Assembly: GCA_013813435.1 (NCBI GenBank) | Contig: JACCRS010000151.1 | Coordinates: forward strand, 1-49,478 | Reading direction: 5' to 3' | Origin: Gemmatimonadales bacterium | GTDB lineage: Bacteria > Gemmatimonadota > Gemmatimonadetes > Gemmatimonadales > GWC2-71-9 | Length of the DNA: 49,478 nt | Part shown: piece by piece, positions 36,286 to 47,846 of the stretch | Position numbering within the stretch: the stretch's first letter is position 1 | How the letters are laid out: each line of letters starts with the position of its first letter | Made by a program: the position numbers and the translations under genes | The notes under the pieces: model-generated | Seen by the model: the letters and a program-made list of their open reading frames with translations, nothing else | Told to the model about the DNA's origin: nothing | Databases searched by the model: none

Positions 36286-37442
36286 GCAGCCGCCTCGAGT
36301 CGGGCGCGGAGACGCGCCGTGAGCGTCGGCCCCAGGTAAAGCTGGGCAACCCGGTCGTCGTAGACCAGATCACGCACGGTGCCTGCGGCCTGAACTTTTC
36401 CTTCGAAGATGATGTAGGCCCGATCTACGATGTCGAGAGTCTGCTCCACGTTGTGATCCGTAATCAGCACGCCGATGCCACGATGCCTCAAGCCGGCGAC
36501 GATGGTTTGGATGTCGTGCACAGCGATCGGATCGACGCCGGCAAATGGCTCGTCCAGCAACATGAACTTGGGGTCCGACACCAGGGCCCGGGTTATCTCG
36601 AGCCGCCGCCGCTCGCCGCCACTCAGGGTATATGCCTTGCTTTTGCGGAGATGCTTGATCGAGAGCTCGTCCAGCATGCGGTCCAGACGGCTATAGCGTT
36701 CGTCCCGGCTCAGCCCCCGCGTCTCCAGAATGGCTAAAATGTTCTCCTCGACTGTCATCTTGCGGAAGACCGAGGGCTCCTGGGCCAGGTAGCCGATGCC
36801 ATTTCGGGCCCGTTGGTACATCGGCGCGTCGGTAAGCTCAACTCCATCCAGCCGCACGCGGCCCTGGTCGGGGCGGATAAGTCCCGTAATAAGGTAGAAG
36901 GTCGTTGTCTTTCCCGCGCCATTTGGTCCCAAAAGGCCGACGATCTCACCTTGCTCCACCCGCACAGTCACGTCGTCTACCACCCGCCGACCCTTGAAGC
37001 TCTTGCTCAGGTCGAGTCCTTCCAGCAGGCTGGTCTGGGCGCCATTTCTGGGATAGGTCTTGGCCCGCCGCACGGCACGCCGGGCCGAGCCGAGCAACGC
37101 CTCGTAAACCGTTTGCCGCTCTTCCACCGTTGGGCCCCACCACGCCACCCGCGGCCGCACCGTCTGCCAGTAGCCTGCGCTGGTATCGAGAATCCAACCC
37201 TCGGTTGCCAGCCGTGGCAGCACGGAACCATTCAGGTGGTGCCGCACCTCATCGCCGGAGACTTCCTGGTCCGCATCTCCGGTGGGCTGGTAGCAGGCCA
37301 GGTAAGCCTCGCGGTAGCTGTGCACCAGGTCGGCGAACGCGATGGTTTCAGTCGGGCCCACGGCCTGGACAATCGCTGCCAGTCCAATCGGCACCGAGGG
37401 ATCGCGATCGCCGAGCGCGGCGACCCACTCTGGCGCGGTCAT
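36282..37442 (-). CDS. lptB: LPS export ABC transporter ATP-binding protein LptB with a ~135-aa N-terminal extension of unknown function
   Basis: Walker [10 protein letters not shown] at residues 172-180 (residues 36-44 in E. coli LptB), [11 protein letters not shown] signature, [11 protein letters not shown] Walker B, C-terminal LYLGPT. The ATG overlaps the lptA-like stop (ATGA). Confidence 0.8.
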   Translation of the reverse strand: MTAPEWVAALGDRDPSVPIGLAAIVQAVGPTETIAFADLVHSYREAYLACYQPTGDADQEVSGDEVRHHLNGSVLPRLATEGWILDTSAGYWQTVRPRVAWWGPTVEERQTVYEALLGSARRAVRRAKTYPRNGAQTSLLEGLDLSKSFKGRRVVDDVTVRVEQGEIVGLLGPNGAGKTTTFYLITGLIRPDQGRVRLDGVELTDAPMYQRARNGIGYLAQEPSVFRKMTVEENILAILETRGLSRDERYSRLDRMLDELSIKHLRKSKAYTLSGGERRRLEITRALVSDPKFMLLDEPFAGVDPIAVHDIQTIVAGLRHRGIGVLITDHNVEQTLDIVDRAYIIFEGKVQAAGTVRDLVYDDRVAQLYLGPTLTARLRARLEAAA

Positions 37443-38869
37443 CCGCCTTCGTCCGTTCCCGGCAGCGAATCGGCTTGCGTCGCGCTCGAGTCCGGCCGGG
37501 CCGGGGCGTCCGCCGCTTCCAGCTGGATACCATCCACCTGGCCCCGGATGTCCACCCGGTCGACGCCACCCTGCCCGGCCGGGCTCATCGTCATGACGAT
37601 AACGTCACCCCGGGCGTAGTTAATTGACGGCCTATCCGGATGCCTGGCATTTGCCTCGATGTGGTACGACTGGGCCCCCTTCCGCGCCACGATGCGGCTC
37701 AGGGCGGCACGGGCGGTGCCCGCCGAATCCCGCTGGACGAAGCTGGCGACCACGCTATCTCCTCGAATCCAGTCGCGTTGCTTGCTGGCCGCCTCGACGG
37801 TGCCTCCCAGCCAGGCGGCGCCGAAACCGCGCACCTCCTTGAGTCGCTGGGCCGGGGTATCGAGCGCCAAGGAATCGGCACGCATGGCGTAGGCCGGCGA
37901 GGTTGCATAGGGGCGGATAGAATCGCCCCAGGCCAGCGTCTGCTCCAGCTTTCTGTTGTTCAAATCGAGTCCGATCGTGTCAGCCACCAGGTCCCACTCT
38001 CTACTCACCGCGTGGCCGTTGCCCCTGGCGAGCACGTACGTGAGCTCCCGCTGGTCGAGCTTCAGATCGAGCCGTCGGCCAGACAGGTTAAAGCTGTCAC
38101 GGCCCAAGCCGCGCATCACGGGATTCCCGCCGATGAGGGTGCCATCGCTTCCCTTGCCGGTGTCCAGCCGGAGCGAGTCTCCCTTGGCGGCAAAATCGCT
38201 GCGGTCGATCGTGACCTTGCCGCCACCCCATAGCCGGTCGTTGCCCTTAAGCCGAACCCGGTCGGCGACGATGATGTACGGCTCACCCGGCCTGGCACCG
38301 GGAGCCGCAGCTGTGTACTCAATGCGGGGGCGTCCGGTCGAAAACATCTCCAGCGTGTCCCGGACACCCTTCACCACCCGGAAATAGTCGAGCGCGGGCC
38401 CGGTAAGGGTCGAGCCGTTCCTGATGTTTCTGGTGGTGACGCGTCCGCGGGCCTCCCACTTCTCGCCCTTCTTGTAGTAGGTGCCCCGGTCGGCATCCAT
38501 TGTGAGGGTGGAGTCGCGGTATTTCACATTACCTATGAACTGGACAACATCGCCGCCATAGGCCGCCACGCTGTCACTCTGCATGGTGAGTTGCTGGCCC
38601 CGGCAGCTGAGCCGAACGTTGCCCCCGGCGAAATAGTTGGTGCCGGCGGGTGTCTCGTTCACGCTGCCCTGACGATCGACGTTGTCAATCTGGAAAACGC
38701 ACCGATCGGACTGGCCGTGCGCAGCCGCTACCTGCGTCATGAGAGCGAGGAGGGCCAGTCCGAGCGGGTAAGCGGGTAAGCGGGTAAGTGGGTAAGCAAG
38801 GGCACGCCGCAGCGCCCTGGTCCACCGAGAGCGTACCCGCGTACCCGCGTACCCGCTTACCCGCCTCAT
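37439..38869 (-). CDS. elongated LptA/OstA-family periplasmic protein (476 aa)
   Basis: Signal-peptide core [17 protein letters not shown]. Repeated OstA-like beta-jellyroll segments ([34 protein letters not shown]). Positioned between lptC and lptB. Confidence 0.65.
   Translation of the reverse strand: MRRVSGYAGTRVRSRWTRALRRALAYPLTRLPAYPLGLALLALMTQVAAAHGQSDRCVFQIDNVDRQGSVNETPAGTNYFAGGNVRLSCRGQQLTMQSDSVAAYGGDVVQFIGNVKYRDSTLTMDADRGTYYKKGEKWEARGRVTTRNIRNGSTLTGPALDYFRVVKGVRDTLEMFSTGRPRIEYTAAAPGARPGEPYIIVADRVRLKGNDRLWGGGKVTIDRSDFAAKGDSLRLDTGKGSDGTLIGGNPVMRGLGRDSFNLSGRRLDLKLDQRELTYVLARGNGHAVSREWDLVADTIGLDLNNRKLEQTLAWGDSIRPYATSPAYAMRADSLALDTPAQRLKEVRGFGAAWLGGTVEAASKQRDWIRGDSVVASFVQRDSAGTARAALSRIVARKGAQSYHIEANARHPDRPSINYARGDVIVMTMSPAGQGGVDRVDIRGQVDGIQLEAADAPARPDSSATQADSLPGTDEGG
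38764..38864. repeat. inverted tandem-octamer repeat (long hairpin) at the lptC/lptA junction
   Basis: Plus strand: (GCGGGTAA)x3-GTGGGTAA-GC at 38764-38797 and GC-(GTACCCGC)x3-TTACCCGC at 38831-38864. The arms are reverse complements apart from about one position per unit. The 33-nt spacer contains AGGGC..GCCCT. Confidence 0.85.
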
Positions 38870-39405
38870 TGACCCGGCAACAGCAGACCCTCACCCGAAA
38901 CTCCTCGAGGACGGTCCGTCACGACGTTCCTGAAATCCGGATCCGAGCGGAAGCTGTTTCCCTCCAGATGCTCGGCACCGCGGTCGAATGAGAACTGCTG
39001 ATCCGTCATGATCTGGTTGGTGGCGTTGTCATAACGCAATGACTCGGTGCTGAGCCGGCGGCCATCGGGCGCTACTACCAGGACATTCCCGGTGGCTTGC
39101 ATGGAGCCGTCCTGCCAACGATAGGTCCCCCCTCGAGCCGTGAGCGTGGAGCCTTCCTCGCCCTTGAGATCGAAGAACACCACCTTGAGCTTACGCAGTT
39201 CGGTTACCTGAGTAGGCTCGTAATAGAAAGCCGTGTCGGCTTCCACTCGGCTGCGCCGTACCCCGTCGTTTGTCACGTAGTGGGAGAAGCCCTCCAACAC
39301 CTGGTCGGCGCTGTCAGTGGCCTGCACGGTCGTGGTTGGCCTCACACCAGAGTCCTCGCACGCCAACGCCGCCACCGAAGAAAGTACTATTAGAAGACGG
39401 CGCAT
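38866..39405 (-). CDS. lptC: LPS export system protein LptC-like (lipoprotein)
   Basis: ATG 39405 gives MRRLLIVLSSVAALAC (lipobox-like), then a beta-rich ~160-aa domain. Located directly upstream of the lptA-like gene and lptB. The longer tracked ORF overlaps kdsC and is rejected. Confidence 0.6.
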   Translation of the reverse strand: MRRLLIVLSSVAALACEDSGVRPTTTVQATDSADQVLEGFSHYVTNDGVRRSRVEADTAFYYEPTQVTELRKLKVVFFDLKGEEGSTLTARGGTYRWQDGSMQATGNVLVVAPDGRRLSTESLRYDNATNQIMTDQQFSFDRGAEHLEGNSFRSDPDFRNVVTDRPRGVSGEGLLLPGQ

Positions 39406-39481
39406 TTGCACAACGGGACGCGGGACCTCCGCGCCCTCGGGCTCCAGCAGCGGGCGCCCCACCTCGATCACTGCCGAAAAG

Positions 39482-40042
39482 TCAAGCCGCACCCGCGGTC
39501 TGCTCCCCAAAGTAGCGCGCGAGTATTTCGCCCCAGTCGCCGCGCGCGCGGAGAATGGTTTCGACGATCTCGCGGACCGCACCGTGACCACCGCCAGCGC
39601 GCGTGACATGTGTCGCAACAGCTTTGACGTCAGGCACCGCATTCGCGACTGCGATGGGGAGCCCAACCTTTCGAAGTACCGGCAGATCAGCGAGGTCGTC
39701 TCCGACGAAGGCAGCATCAGACCATTCGATGCCACGGCGTTTCAACACCTCGGCGAATGCAGCGGCCTTGCCGGGCCCAGGGACCTGGAGCAGCTCTTCC
39801 ACTTTCAGCTCCGCCGCCCGGAGTGCCGTAGCCTCGGATGCCCTGCCACTCAGCCACACAACCGGAAGCCCCGCGGTCCGGAGGAGAATGAGTCCCAGCC
39901 CATCCTGAATGTCGAAGCGCTTGAGCTCAACCCGCTCACCCGCCACCGGTCCAATGAAGACTCCGTTGTCAGTCAGCACCCCATCCACGTCCAGGCCGAT
40001 CAACCGGATTCTACGAGCGGCTGCGGTGCTGAGGGTGTTCAT
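39482..40042 (-). CDS. kdsC: 3-deoxy-D-manno-octulosonate 8-phosphate phosphatase (HAD-IIIA)
   Basis: IRLIGLDVDGVLTDNG (DxDGxxT), FVGDDLADLPV. ATG 40042 overlaps the kdsA stop (ATGA). Confidence 0.8.
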   Translation of the reverse strand: MNTLSTAAARRIRLIGLDVDGVLTDNGVFIGPVAGERVELKRFDIQDGLGLILLRTAGLPVVWLSGRASEATALRAAELKVEELLQVPGPGKAAAFAEVLKRRGIEWSDAAFVGDDLADLPVLRKVGLPIAVANAVPDVKAVATHVTRAGGGHGAVREIVETILRARGDWGEILARYFGEQTAGAA

Positions 40043-40838
40043 ACTCGGGCCCGGCCCCAGATCTCGAGCGTTTGCGCCACCAGCTCCGCCATCCCGTCGA
40101 GTGGCCATTGAGTGGCGGCGTCACTGAGTGCCGTCCCTGGATCGGGGTGGGTCTCAATGAAAAACCCATCGGCACCTGCGGCAGCGGCCGCGGCAAGCAG
40201 TGGCGGGATGAACTCGCGCTGACCCCCGCTGGCTCCCCCCTCGCCGAGCCCGGGCTGCTGCACCGAATGCGTGGCGTCGAAAATCACCGGCGCGCGGGTG
40301 GCTTGCCGCAAGCGGGCAAAGTTGCGCATATCCACCACCAGATCTCCATAGCCGAAGAAAGTGCCACGTTCAGTTACGGCGACCTCGGCGGCACCGGCGC
40401 TGCGCACCTTTTCCACGGCCCCTCGCATGGCGTCCGCCTGTATCCACTGGCCCTTCTTGATGTTTACGGGGTTGCCCGTCCGCCCGGCGGCGATCAGTAG
40501 GTCGGTCTGGCGGCAGAGAAAGGCTGGTATCTGGAGCACGTCGACTACCTGAGCAACCGGTGCGGCATGCTGGACCTCATGGATATCAGTAAGTACCGGC
40601 AGTCCACTGGAGACCTTGGCCCGCTCCAGCGCTCGGAGACCCTCGTCCAGTCCGGGGCCGCGACTGGCCCCCAGCCGGGAACGGTTGGCCTTGTCGAAAC
40701 TGGCCTTCAGGCAGACCGGGATTCCCAGATCGCGCTCGATACCAGCAAGCGTATCGGCAACACGGGACAGTAGATCTCCCCCCTCGATGACGCAGGGCCC
40801 GGCGATCAGGAATGGTGCACGCGAAAATGACCAGCTCA

Positions 40839-40839
<1 letters not shown>
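40039..40839 (-). CDS. kdsA: 3-deoxy-8-phosphooctulonate synthase
   Basis: FLIAGPCVIE, KASFDKANRSS-like KASFDKANRSR, QIPAFLCRQTDL, THSVQ motifs. ATG 40839 shares 1 nt with the pyrG TGA. Confidence 0.9.
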
Positions 40840-43255
<2,416 letters not shown>

Positions 43256-43348
43256 GGAAGCTAATAAGGAGGGAGGCCCGAGTCAAAAGTTGTGCCGTGC
43301 CAGTGGGACGGCAGAAGTTAGCGGCCTAGAGGATTGCAGGTCAAAGAC

Positions 43349-43963
43349 TTAGAGAGGCATGACGGGAGATTTGAGATTGGTCATACCGGCCAGGGAAAGA
43401 AAGTTGGCGAGCAGGAGCTTGCCGTGCATTGTCGCCACCGATTCCGGGTGGAACTGTACGCCGTATATGGGGACGGTTCGGTGACAGAGCGCCATGATCT
43501 CCCGGCCCGGCTCACGATCGCTCGACCACGCCACTGTCTCGAGCTCATCCGGCAACCCATCCGGAGATACTACGAGAGAGTGGTAGCGCATCACCTCGAC
43601 CGGCGAAGGAATGCTTTGGAACAACGCGTGCCCGGTGTGAACCACTTCGGCGGTCTTACCGTGCATCAGGCGGTCGGCGCGCACCACCTTACCGCCGAAT
43701 GCTTCACCAATGGCCTGATGGCCGAGACAGACACCGAGGAGAGGGACTCGTCCTGCCGCGGCCTGCACCAACGGAACCGAGATACCGGCTTCACGCGGAG
43801 TGCGGGGACCGGGCGAGATTATGATAGCTTCCGGCCGCAAGGCAAGTGCCTCTTCAGGCGTCAGCGAATCATTGCGATACACTACCGGCTCGGCACCGAG
43901 CTCACCGGCATACTGAACCAGGTTATAGGTGAAGCTGTCGTAGTTGTCGAGAACCAGCAGCAT
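43349..43963 (-). CDS. anthranilate/aminodeoxychorismate synthase component II (glutamine amidotransferase)
   Basis: [18 protein letters not shown], catalytic [18 protein letters not shown]. TrpG and PabA cannot be distinguished by eye. Confidence 0.85.
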   Translation of the reverse strand: MLLVLDNYDSFTYNLVQYAGELGAEPVVYRNDSLTPEEALALRPEAIIISPGPRTPREAGISVPLVQAAAGRVPLLGVCLGHQAIGEAFGGKVVRADRLMHGKTAEVVHTGHALFQSIPSPVEVMRYHSLVVSPDGLPDELETVAWSSDREPGREIMALCHRTVPIYGVQFHPESVATMHGKLLLANFLSLAGMTNLKSPVMPL

Positions 43964-43973
43964 TCCGCCGAAG

Positions 43974-44639
43974 CTACCGGGAACGCGTCGAGTCCGCCAT
44001 CCGGCTGGGTACCCCCTTTGCCGAGTCCGCCCGGCGCATCCCCTCCGCCCGGAGCGAATCGCCCATCCGAGCGCGCAACACCGGGGCCGAGTCCACGCTC
44101 AGCTCGGTGCTCGCTTCGAGGGAATCGATCTCGGCTTCCGAGATCGGGGTCGAATCCCCGTCGAAGTTGAGGTCTTGAAGCTCGTCAATGAGATCTTGCG
44201 GAAGGTAGAGCGGCACGCTGACTTCTCCCGGGCGAAAAACGGCCTGCCCGTATTCCACCAGGGCGGTGTCGGAGCCGGCAGGGGCACACCAGAACGTGCT
44301 CTCCGAAAGTCTGCGATGGCCGTCCTTGCTGTCGAGGTTGGCTGCCAAGCGACACCCCTCGAGGCCCCGGGCAAGCAGAGAGTCGCTGAGCTTGACCTCC
44401 AGGCGAACGCTGCTCACGCTCTGGGGCGCCGTCCGCTCGAAGGTGACCCGTTCGAGCGTCCCCAATTTGTCCCCGCCCAGCCGGAATGGAATGAACGCCA
44501 GCGGGATGCTCAGCGGCCCGCTGCCCTCTACCACCCCCCTGACACCGCCGATTCCCCGATTTATCAGCGCGCGGGCGACCATGCCCACGGTGAAGATGAC
44601 CAGTGCACCGAGGGCGATGCGCACCCAGTAATTTCTCAT
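43974..44639 (-). CDS. hypothetical N-terminally membrane-anchored protein
   Basis: ATG 44639 is preceded by GGAGGG 9 nt upstream. [22 protein letters not shown] is a TM helix. No recognisable motif in the remaining ~195 aa. Confidence 0.55.
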   Translation of the reverse strand: MRNYWVRIALGALVIFTVGMVARALINRGIGGVRGVVEGSGPLSIPLAFIPFRLGGDKLGTLERVTFERTAPQSVSSVRLEVKLSDSLLARGLEGCRLAANLDSKDGHRRLSESTFWCAPAGSDTALVEYGQAVFRPGEVSVPLYLPQDLIDELQDLNFDGDSTPISEAEIDSLEASTELSVDSAPVLRARMGDSLRAEGMRRADSAKGVPSRMADSTRSR

Positions 44640-44732
44640 GAGATTCCGCCCTCCAGTACAGCGGGTGATATGTTTCGCCCTACGTGACGACCTGAAAATC
44701 TGGAAAGTTTCAGCGGCGACTCCGGGAGGCAT

Positions 44733-45470
44733 GTGATCGAAGTCGAGGGGCTGCACAAACTGTATGGTGACTTCCCCGCCGTCCAGGGGCTGTCGTTCCG
44801 GGTAGGTGCCGGCGAGGTCCTCGGCCTAATCGGCCCGAACGGGGCTGGGAAGACGACAACTATCCGGAGCATTGCAGGGATCATCATTCCCAGCGGTGGG
44901 CAGATCCGGATTGCCGGCCATGACCTGGCTAAGGATCCAGTCGGCGCCAAAACCGAGCTGGCCTTCATTCCGGATGAGCCCCACCTGTTCGAGTATCTCA
45001 CCGTGGAGGAGCATCTCCGCTTCGTAGGACGGCTGTATGGTGTCACCGGCATTAGCGCACGAATCCCCGGCCTGCTCGAGGAAATGGATCTGGGCGACAA
45101 ACGCGGCGCATTGCCGGGCGAACTGTCGCGAGGTATGAAGCAGAAGCTTGCCATCGCCTGCGGACTGCTCCACGAGCCTAAGGCTCTTCTCCTGGACGAG
45201 CCTCTGACTGGCCTCGACCCCGTCGGCATCCGCCGAATGAAGTCGACCATCATGAGGCGAGCGGCGGGAGGTACGGCAGTCATATTAAGCTCACATCTCC
45301 TCCATCTGGTAGAGGAGATCTGTACCCGATTGCTTGTCCTGCAGCATGGGCGGGTGGTGGCGTTCGGCACCATGGCCGAGATCATTGCCAGCCGCCCGGG
45401 GCTCCGGACCCGGAGCCTGGAAGACGTATTCCTGGCGCTCATCGGCCAGGAGGAGGCGACAGACGCGTGA
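44733..45470 (+). CDS. ABC transporter ATP-binding protein
   Basis: Walker [10 protein letters not shown], signature LSRGMKQKLAI, Walker B LLLDEPLTGLDP. GTGA overlap with the downstream permease. Confidence 0.9.
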   Translation: MIEVEGLHKLYGDFPAVQGLSFRVGAGEVLGLIGPNGAGKTTTIRSIAGIIIPSGGQIRIAGHDLAKDPVGAKTELAFIPDEPHLFEYLTVEEHLRFVGRLYGVTGISARIPGLLEEMDLGDKRGALPGELSRGMKQKLAIACGLLHEPKALLLDEPLTGLDPVGIRRMKSTIMRRAAGGTAVILSSHLLHLVEEICTRLLVLQHGRVVAFGTMAEIIASRPGLRTRSLEDVFLALIGQEEATDA

Positions 45471-47188
45471 TCCGGGTCTTCGGATATCTGGCCTGGTGTA
45501 CAGCATACAATCGAACCGCTCGGCAGCTCCGTCACCTGCGAAGTCCGCGATATGTGGCGGCTCTCTTGTTTGGTATAGCGTACCTGTGGTTCATGGTGGT
45601 TGCCCAGCGTCCGGCTCCAGCCGCCGGCGAGCTCGCCGATACTCGCTGGGTCGAGCTCGTAGGGGCGATCGCCTTGCTCGGTGCAGTGGCATGGGGCTGG
45701 ATTTTCGGGGTGGAGCGCCGGGTGCTGACATTCACCCCCGCGGAGGTGACATTCTTGTTTTCCGGCCCGGTGTCTCGCCGGGGTTTGATCCAGTTCAAGC
45801 TGCTTCACAGTCAGCTCTTTATTCTCTTCAACGCCTTCCTGTGGACCCTGATTCTATCGCGAGAACGATTCGGAGTCTCACCGTGGCTACGAGTCATCTC
45901 CATATGGGTGCTCCTCACCACGCTGTCGTTTCACCGTCTGGGCGCCTCGTTCGTTCGGACCAGCCTCGCCGAGCACGGACGCCTGGGTCTTCGCCACCGG
46001 GTGGTCTCGCTCGTGGTCCTGGGTGGTGTTCTCATCGCGTGGACATGGAGCATCGCCGAGGCGCTTCCGCACCTTGCCGACCGCAGCGGCGACAGTCCGT
46101 TCGCTTTCCTTCCGGCACTCGGTGAGGCGGGGGGCCAGCCGCTACCTGCCGCACTGACCTACCCATTCCGGGTGATGATTCGACCTCTGATCGCCAACAG
46201 TGTCGCGGCGTGGGCGAATGCTCTGTGGCCCGCGCTCACTCTCCTGGTGCTGCACTATATCTGGGTGGTGCGCTCCGACACCGCCTTCGAAGAAGCCGCA
46301 GCCGCGGTCTCACTGCAGAAGGCTCAGTCGCTCTCCGGTCGAGCGGGACGGACCAACACCTCCCTCGCTCCCGCGAGGGTAACTCCACCGCTGCTTCGGT
46401 TGGCACCACAGGGATGGCCCGCCGGTGCCATCCTCTGGAAGAACCTGGTGGCGGTTACCCGGACGCGGCGCCTCAGGAAAGCTGCGCTAGCGCTGCTTGG
46501 GGGAGGGGCGATCGTGGCGATGCTTTCGTTCGAGCCGGAAGGAATGCTGGCGGAGATAGCGGGGTGGTTTGCCATAACCTGGGCCGCCGCTATGGGGGTG
46601 ATAGGTCCACAGTGGGTTCGGAATGATCTCCGCGGTGATTTAATGAAACTCGATCTGCTGCGAAGCTATCCTTTGCGCGGATGGTCGGTGGTTATAGCGG
46701 AAGCCACCGCTTCCGCTCTGCTCCTTACCGTCATTCAGCTGAGTCTGTTGTTGATCGCCTACCTGGCATTTCTGGGCAACGATTTCATGGTGCCGGCTCT
46801 CCGAGATCGGAGCCTGCTGTTACTGGCCGCCTTCGCATTCCTGCCGGGAGTCAACCTGCTGGGCATGCTGATCCAGAATGGGGCTGCACTGCTCTACCCG
46901 GCGTGGGTGCGCTTGGGCTCGGGCCGGCCCGGTGGAGTTGAGGCACTGGGTCAGAACCTGCTCATGATGGTGATGTTCGTGGCGCTGCTCCTGGCCCTGT
47001 TGCTGCTGCCGGTGGCCCTCGGAGGGGGGACCTTTCTACTGCTCCGCACAGCTTTGAACTATTGGGCCGCCCTTCCAGCCACAGTGCTTACTCTGGCCAC
47101 CATGGCATTTGAGGCCGCTTTGGTAGTCGAGTGGCTGGGGGGCGTATTCGAGCGAACCGACCCGGCAACCGCGGGGATAGGGAACTAG
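45467..47188 (+). CDS. large polytopic membrane protein, putative ABC exporter permease partner
   Basis: 573 aa with many TM helices, translationally coupled to the ATPase. Resemblance to the 'putative ABC exporter' family is by architecture only. Confidence 0.6.
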   Translation: MIRVFGYLAWCTAYNRTARQLRHLRSPRYVAALLFGIAYLWFMVVAQRPAPAAGELADTRWVELVGAIALLGAVAWGWIFGVERRVLTFTPAEVTFLFSGPVSRRGLIQFKLLHSQLFILFNAFLWTLILSRERFGVSPWLRVISIWVLLTTLSFHRLGASFVRTSLAEHGRLGLRHRVVSLVVLGGVLIAWTWSIAEALPHLADRSGDSPFAFLPALGEAGGQPLPAALTYPFRVMIRPLIANSVAAWANALWPALTLLVLHYIWVVRSDTAFEEAAAAVSLQKAQSLSGRAGRTNTSLAPARVTPPLLRLAPQGWPAGAILWKNLVAVTRTRRLRKAALALLGGGAIVAMLSFEPEGMLAEIAGWFAITWAAAMGVIGPQWVRNDLRGDLMKLDLLRSYPLRGWSVVIAEATASALLLTVIQLSLLLIAYLAFLGNDFMVPALRDRSLLLLAAFAFLPGVNLLGMLIQNGAALLYPAWVRLGSGRPGGVEALGQNLLMMVMFVALLLALLLLPVALGGGTFLLLRTALNYWAALPATVLTLATMAFEAALVVEWLGGVFERTDPATAGIGN

Positions 47189-47283
47189 GGGTTGGAGCCG
47201 GGAGAGGGAGTTGGGGTGACGGCTGAGAACCAGGAGCTGGGGAGCTCTCTCCGTCCTCCTCGCTCCTGGCTATCAGCGCGCTT

Positions 47284-47766
47284 TCAGGTGGGGCCGGTGC
47301 CACCCATCGGCCGGGCGTCGGGACGCTGGCGGCGCACAGCCTGATCCAGGGCGGAGACCGATTGGTTTAGAGTTCGCTTCACTTCGTCCCAAGTACTCTC
47401 CGTGGCGGCTCCCAAGCGTTCGAGATCCCGCGTTACTGTTTGGCGAGCCTGTCTAATGTTCACCAGGGCACTGTCACGCGCCTTGTCGGCGCCTCGCCTG
47501 GTATCTCGCTGCAGCCCGGCTATCTCCTCATCGAGACCCTTGAGCCGCAGGTCCATGTCGCGGCGGAAATCGCTTCTCTGAGCGTAGGCATAGTCCCGAG
47601 CATCACGCGCTTCCTCGCGCACCTCGGCGGAGCCTTCCCGAGCCGCATCCCGAACGTCTTCGGCTGCCGCATCCGCGTTGTTGGAAGCTTCCTGACGGTC
47701 GCGAGGGCTGCAAGCAAGCGCTGCAACCATCAGTGCCGCCGCCGCAGCGCAAGTGATCTGCCTCAT
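47284..47766 (-). CDS. helical lipoprotein of unknown function
   Basis: RBS GGAGGA 6 nt before ATG 47766. MRQITCAAAAALMVAALAC lipobox. The rest is charged and helical (AAEDVRDAAREGSAEVREEARDARD). Confidence 0.6.
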   Translation of the reverse strand: MRQITCAAAAALMVAALACSPRDRQEASNNADAAAEDVRDAAREGSAEVREEARDARDYAYAQRSDFRRDMDLRLKGLDEEIAGLQRDTRRGADKARDSALVNIRQARQTVTRDLERLGAATESTWDEVKRTLNQSVSALDQAVRRQRPDARPMGGTGPT

Positions 47767-47846
47767 GTCAGTTCCTCCTGGTCGTTGGAGCGTGTGGGAA
47801 TACGCCGCAGAATAGCGTCCGCCAGGAAAGACTGTGGTGAGGTAGG

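Noticed and set aside
36282-37076. Alternative short lptB starting at the in-frame GTG (residue 123)
   Set aside because: It would leave ~360 nt non-coding in an otherwise gap-free operon. Yet that stretch shows strong third-position G/C bias, a non-repetitive protein-like translation and an ATGA-coupled ATG. It is kept as an open question in the findings.
38764-38864. Possible CRISPR array or minisatellite
   Set aside because: The units are only 8 nt, contiguous and without spacers, and they are arranged as two inverted arms. There are no cas genes in the window. This is an inverted tandem repeat, not a CRISPR array.
39406-39735. N-terminal extension of the lptC-like ORF
   Set aside because: The extension overlaps the 3' end of kdsC and lacks a signal sequence. 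ATG 39405 gives a proper lipoprotein-like leader.
43291-43302. TGGCACGGCACA on the minus strand upstream of kdsB
   Set aside because: It is a good -24 element, but no GC/TTGC follows at the required 10-nt spacing.
43334-44170. 278-aa plus-strand ORF preceded by AAGGAGGGAGG
   Set aside because: It is antisense to the trpG/pabA-type gene, which has a clear catalytic triad region, and to the hypothetical gene. The translation has no motif and a biased Arg/Gly/His composition.
47230-47269. CCAGGAGC...GCTCCTGG hairpin between the convergent permease and lipoprotein genes
   Set aside because: It has an 8-bp stem but a 24-nt loop and no flanking U/A tract on either strand. That is insufficient to call a terminator.
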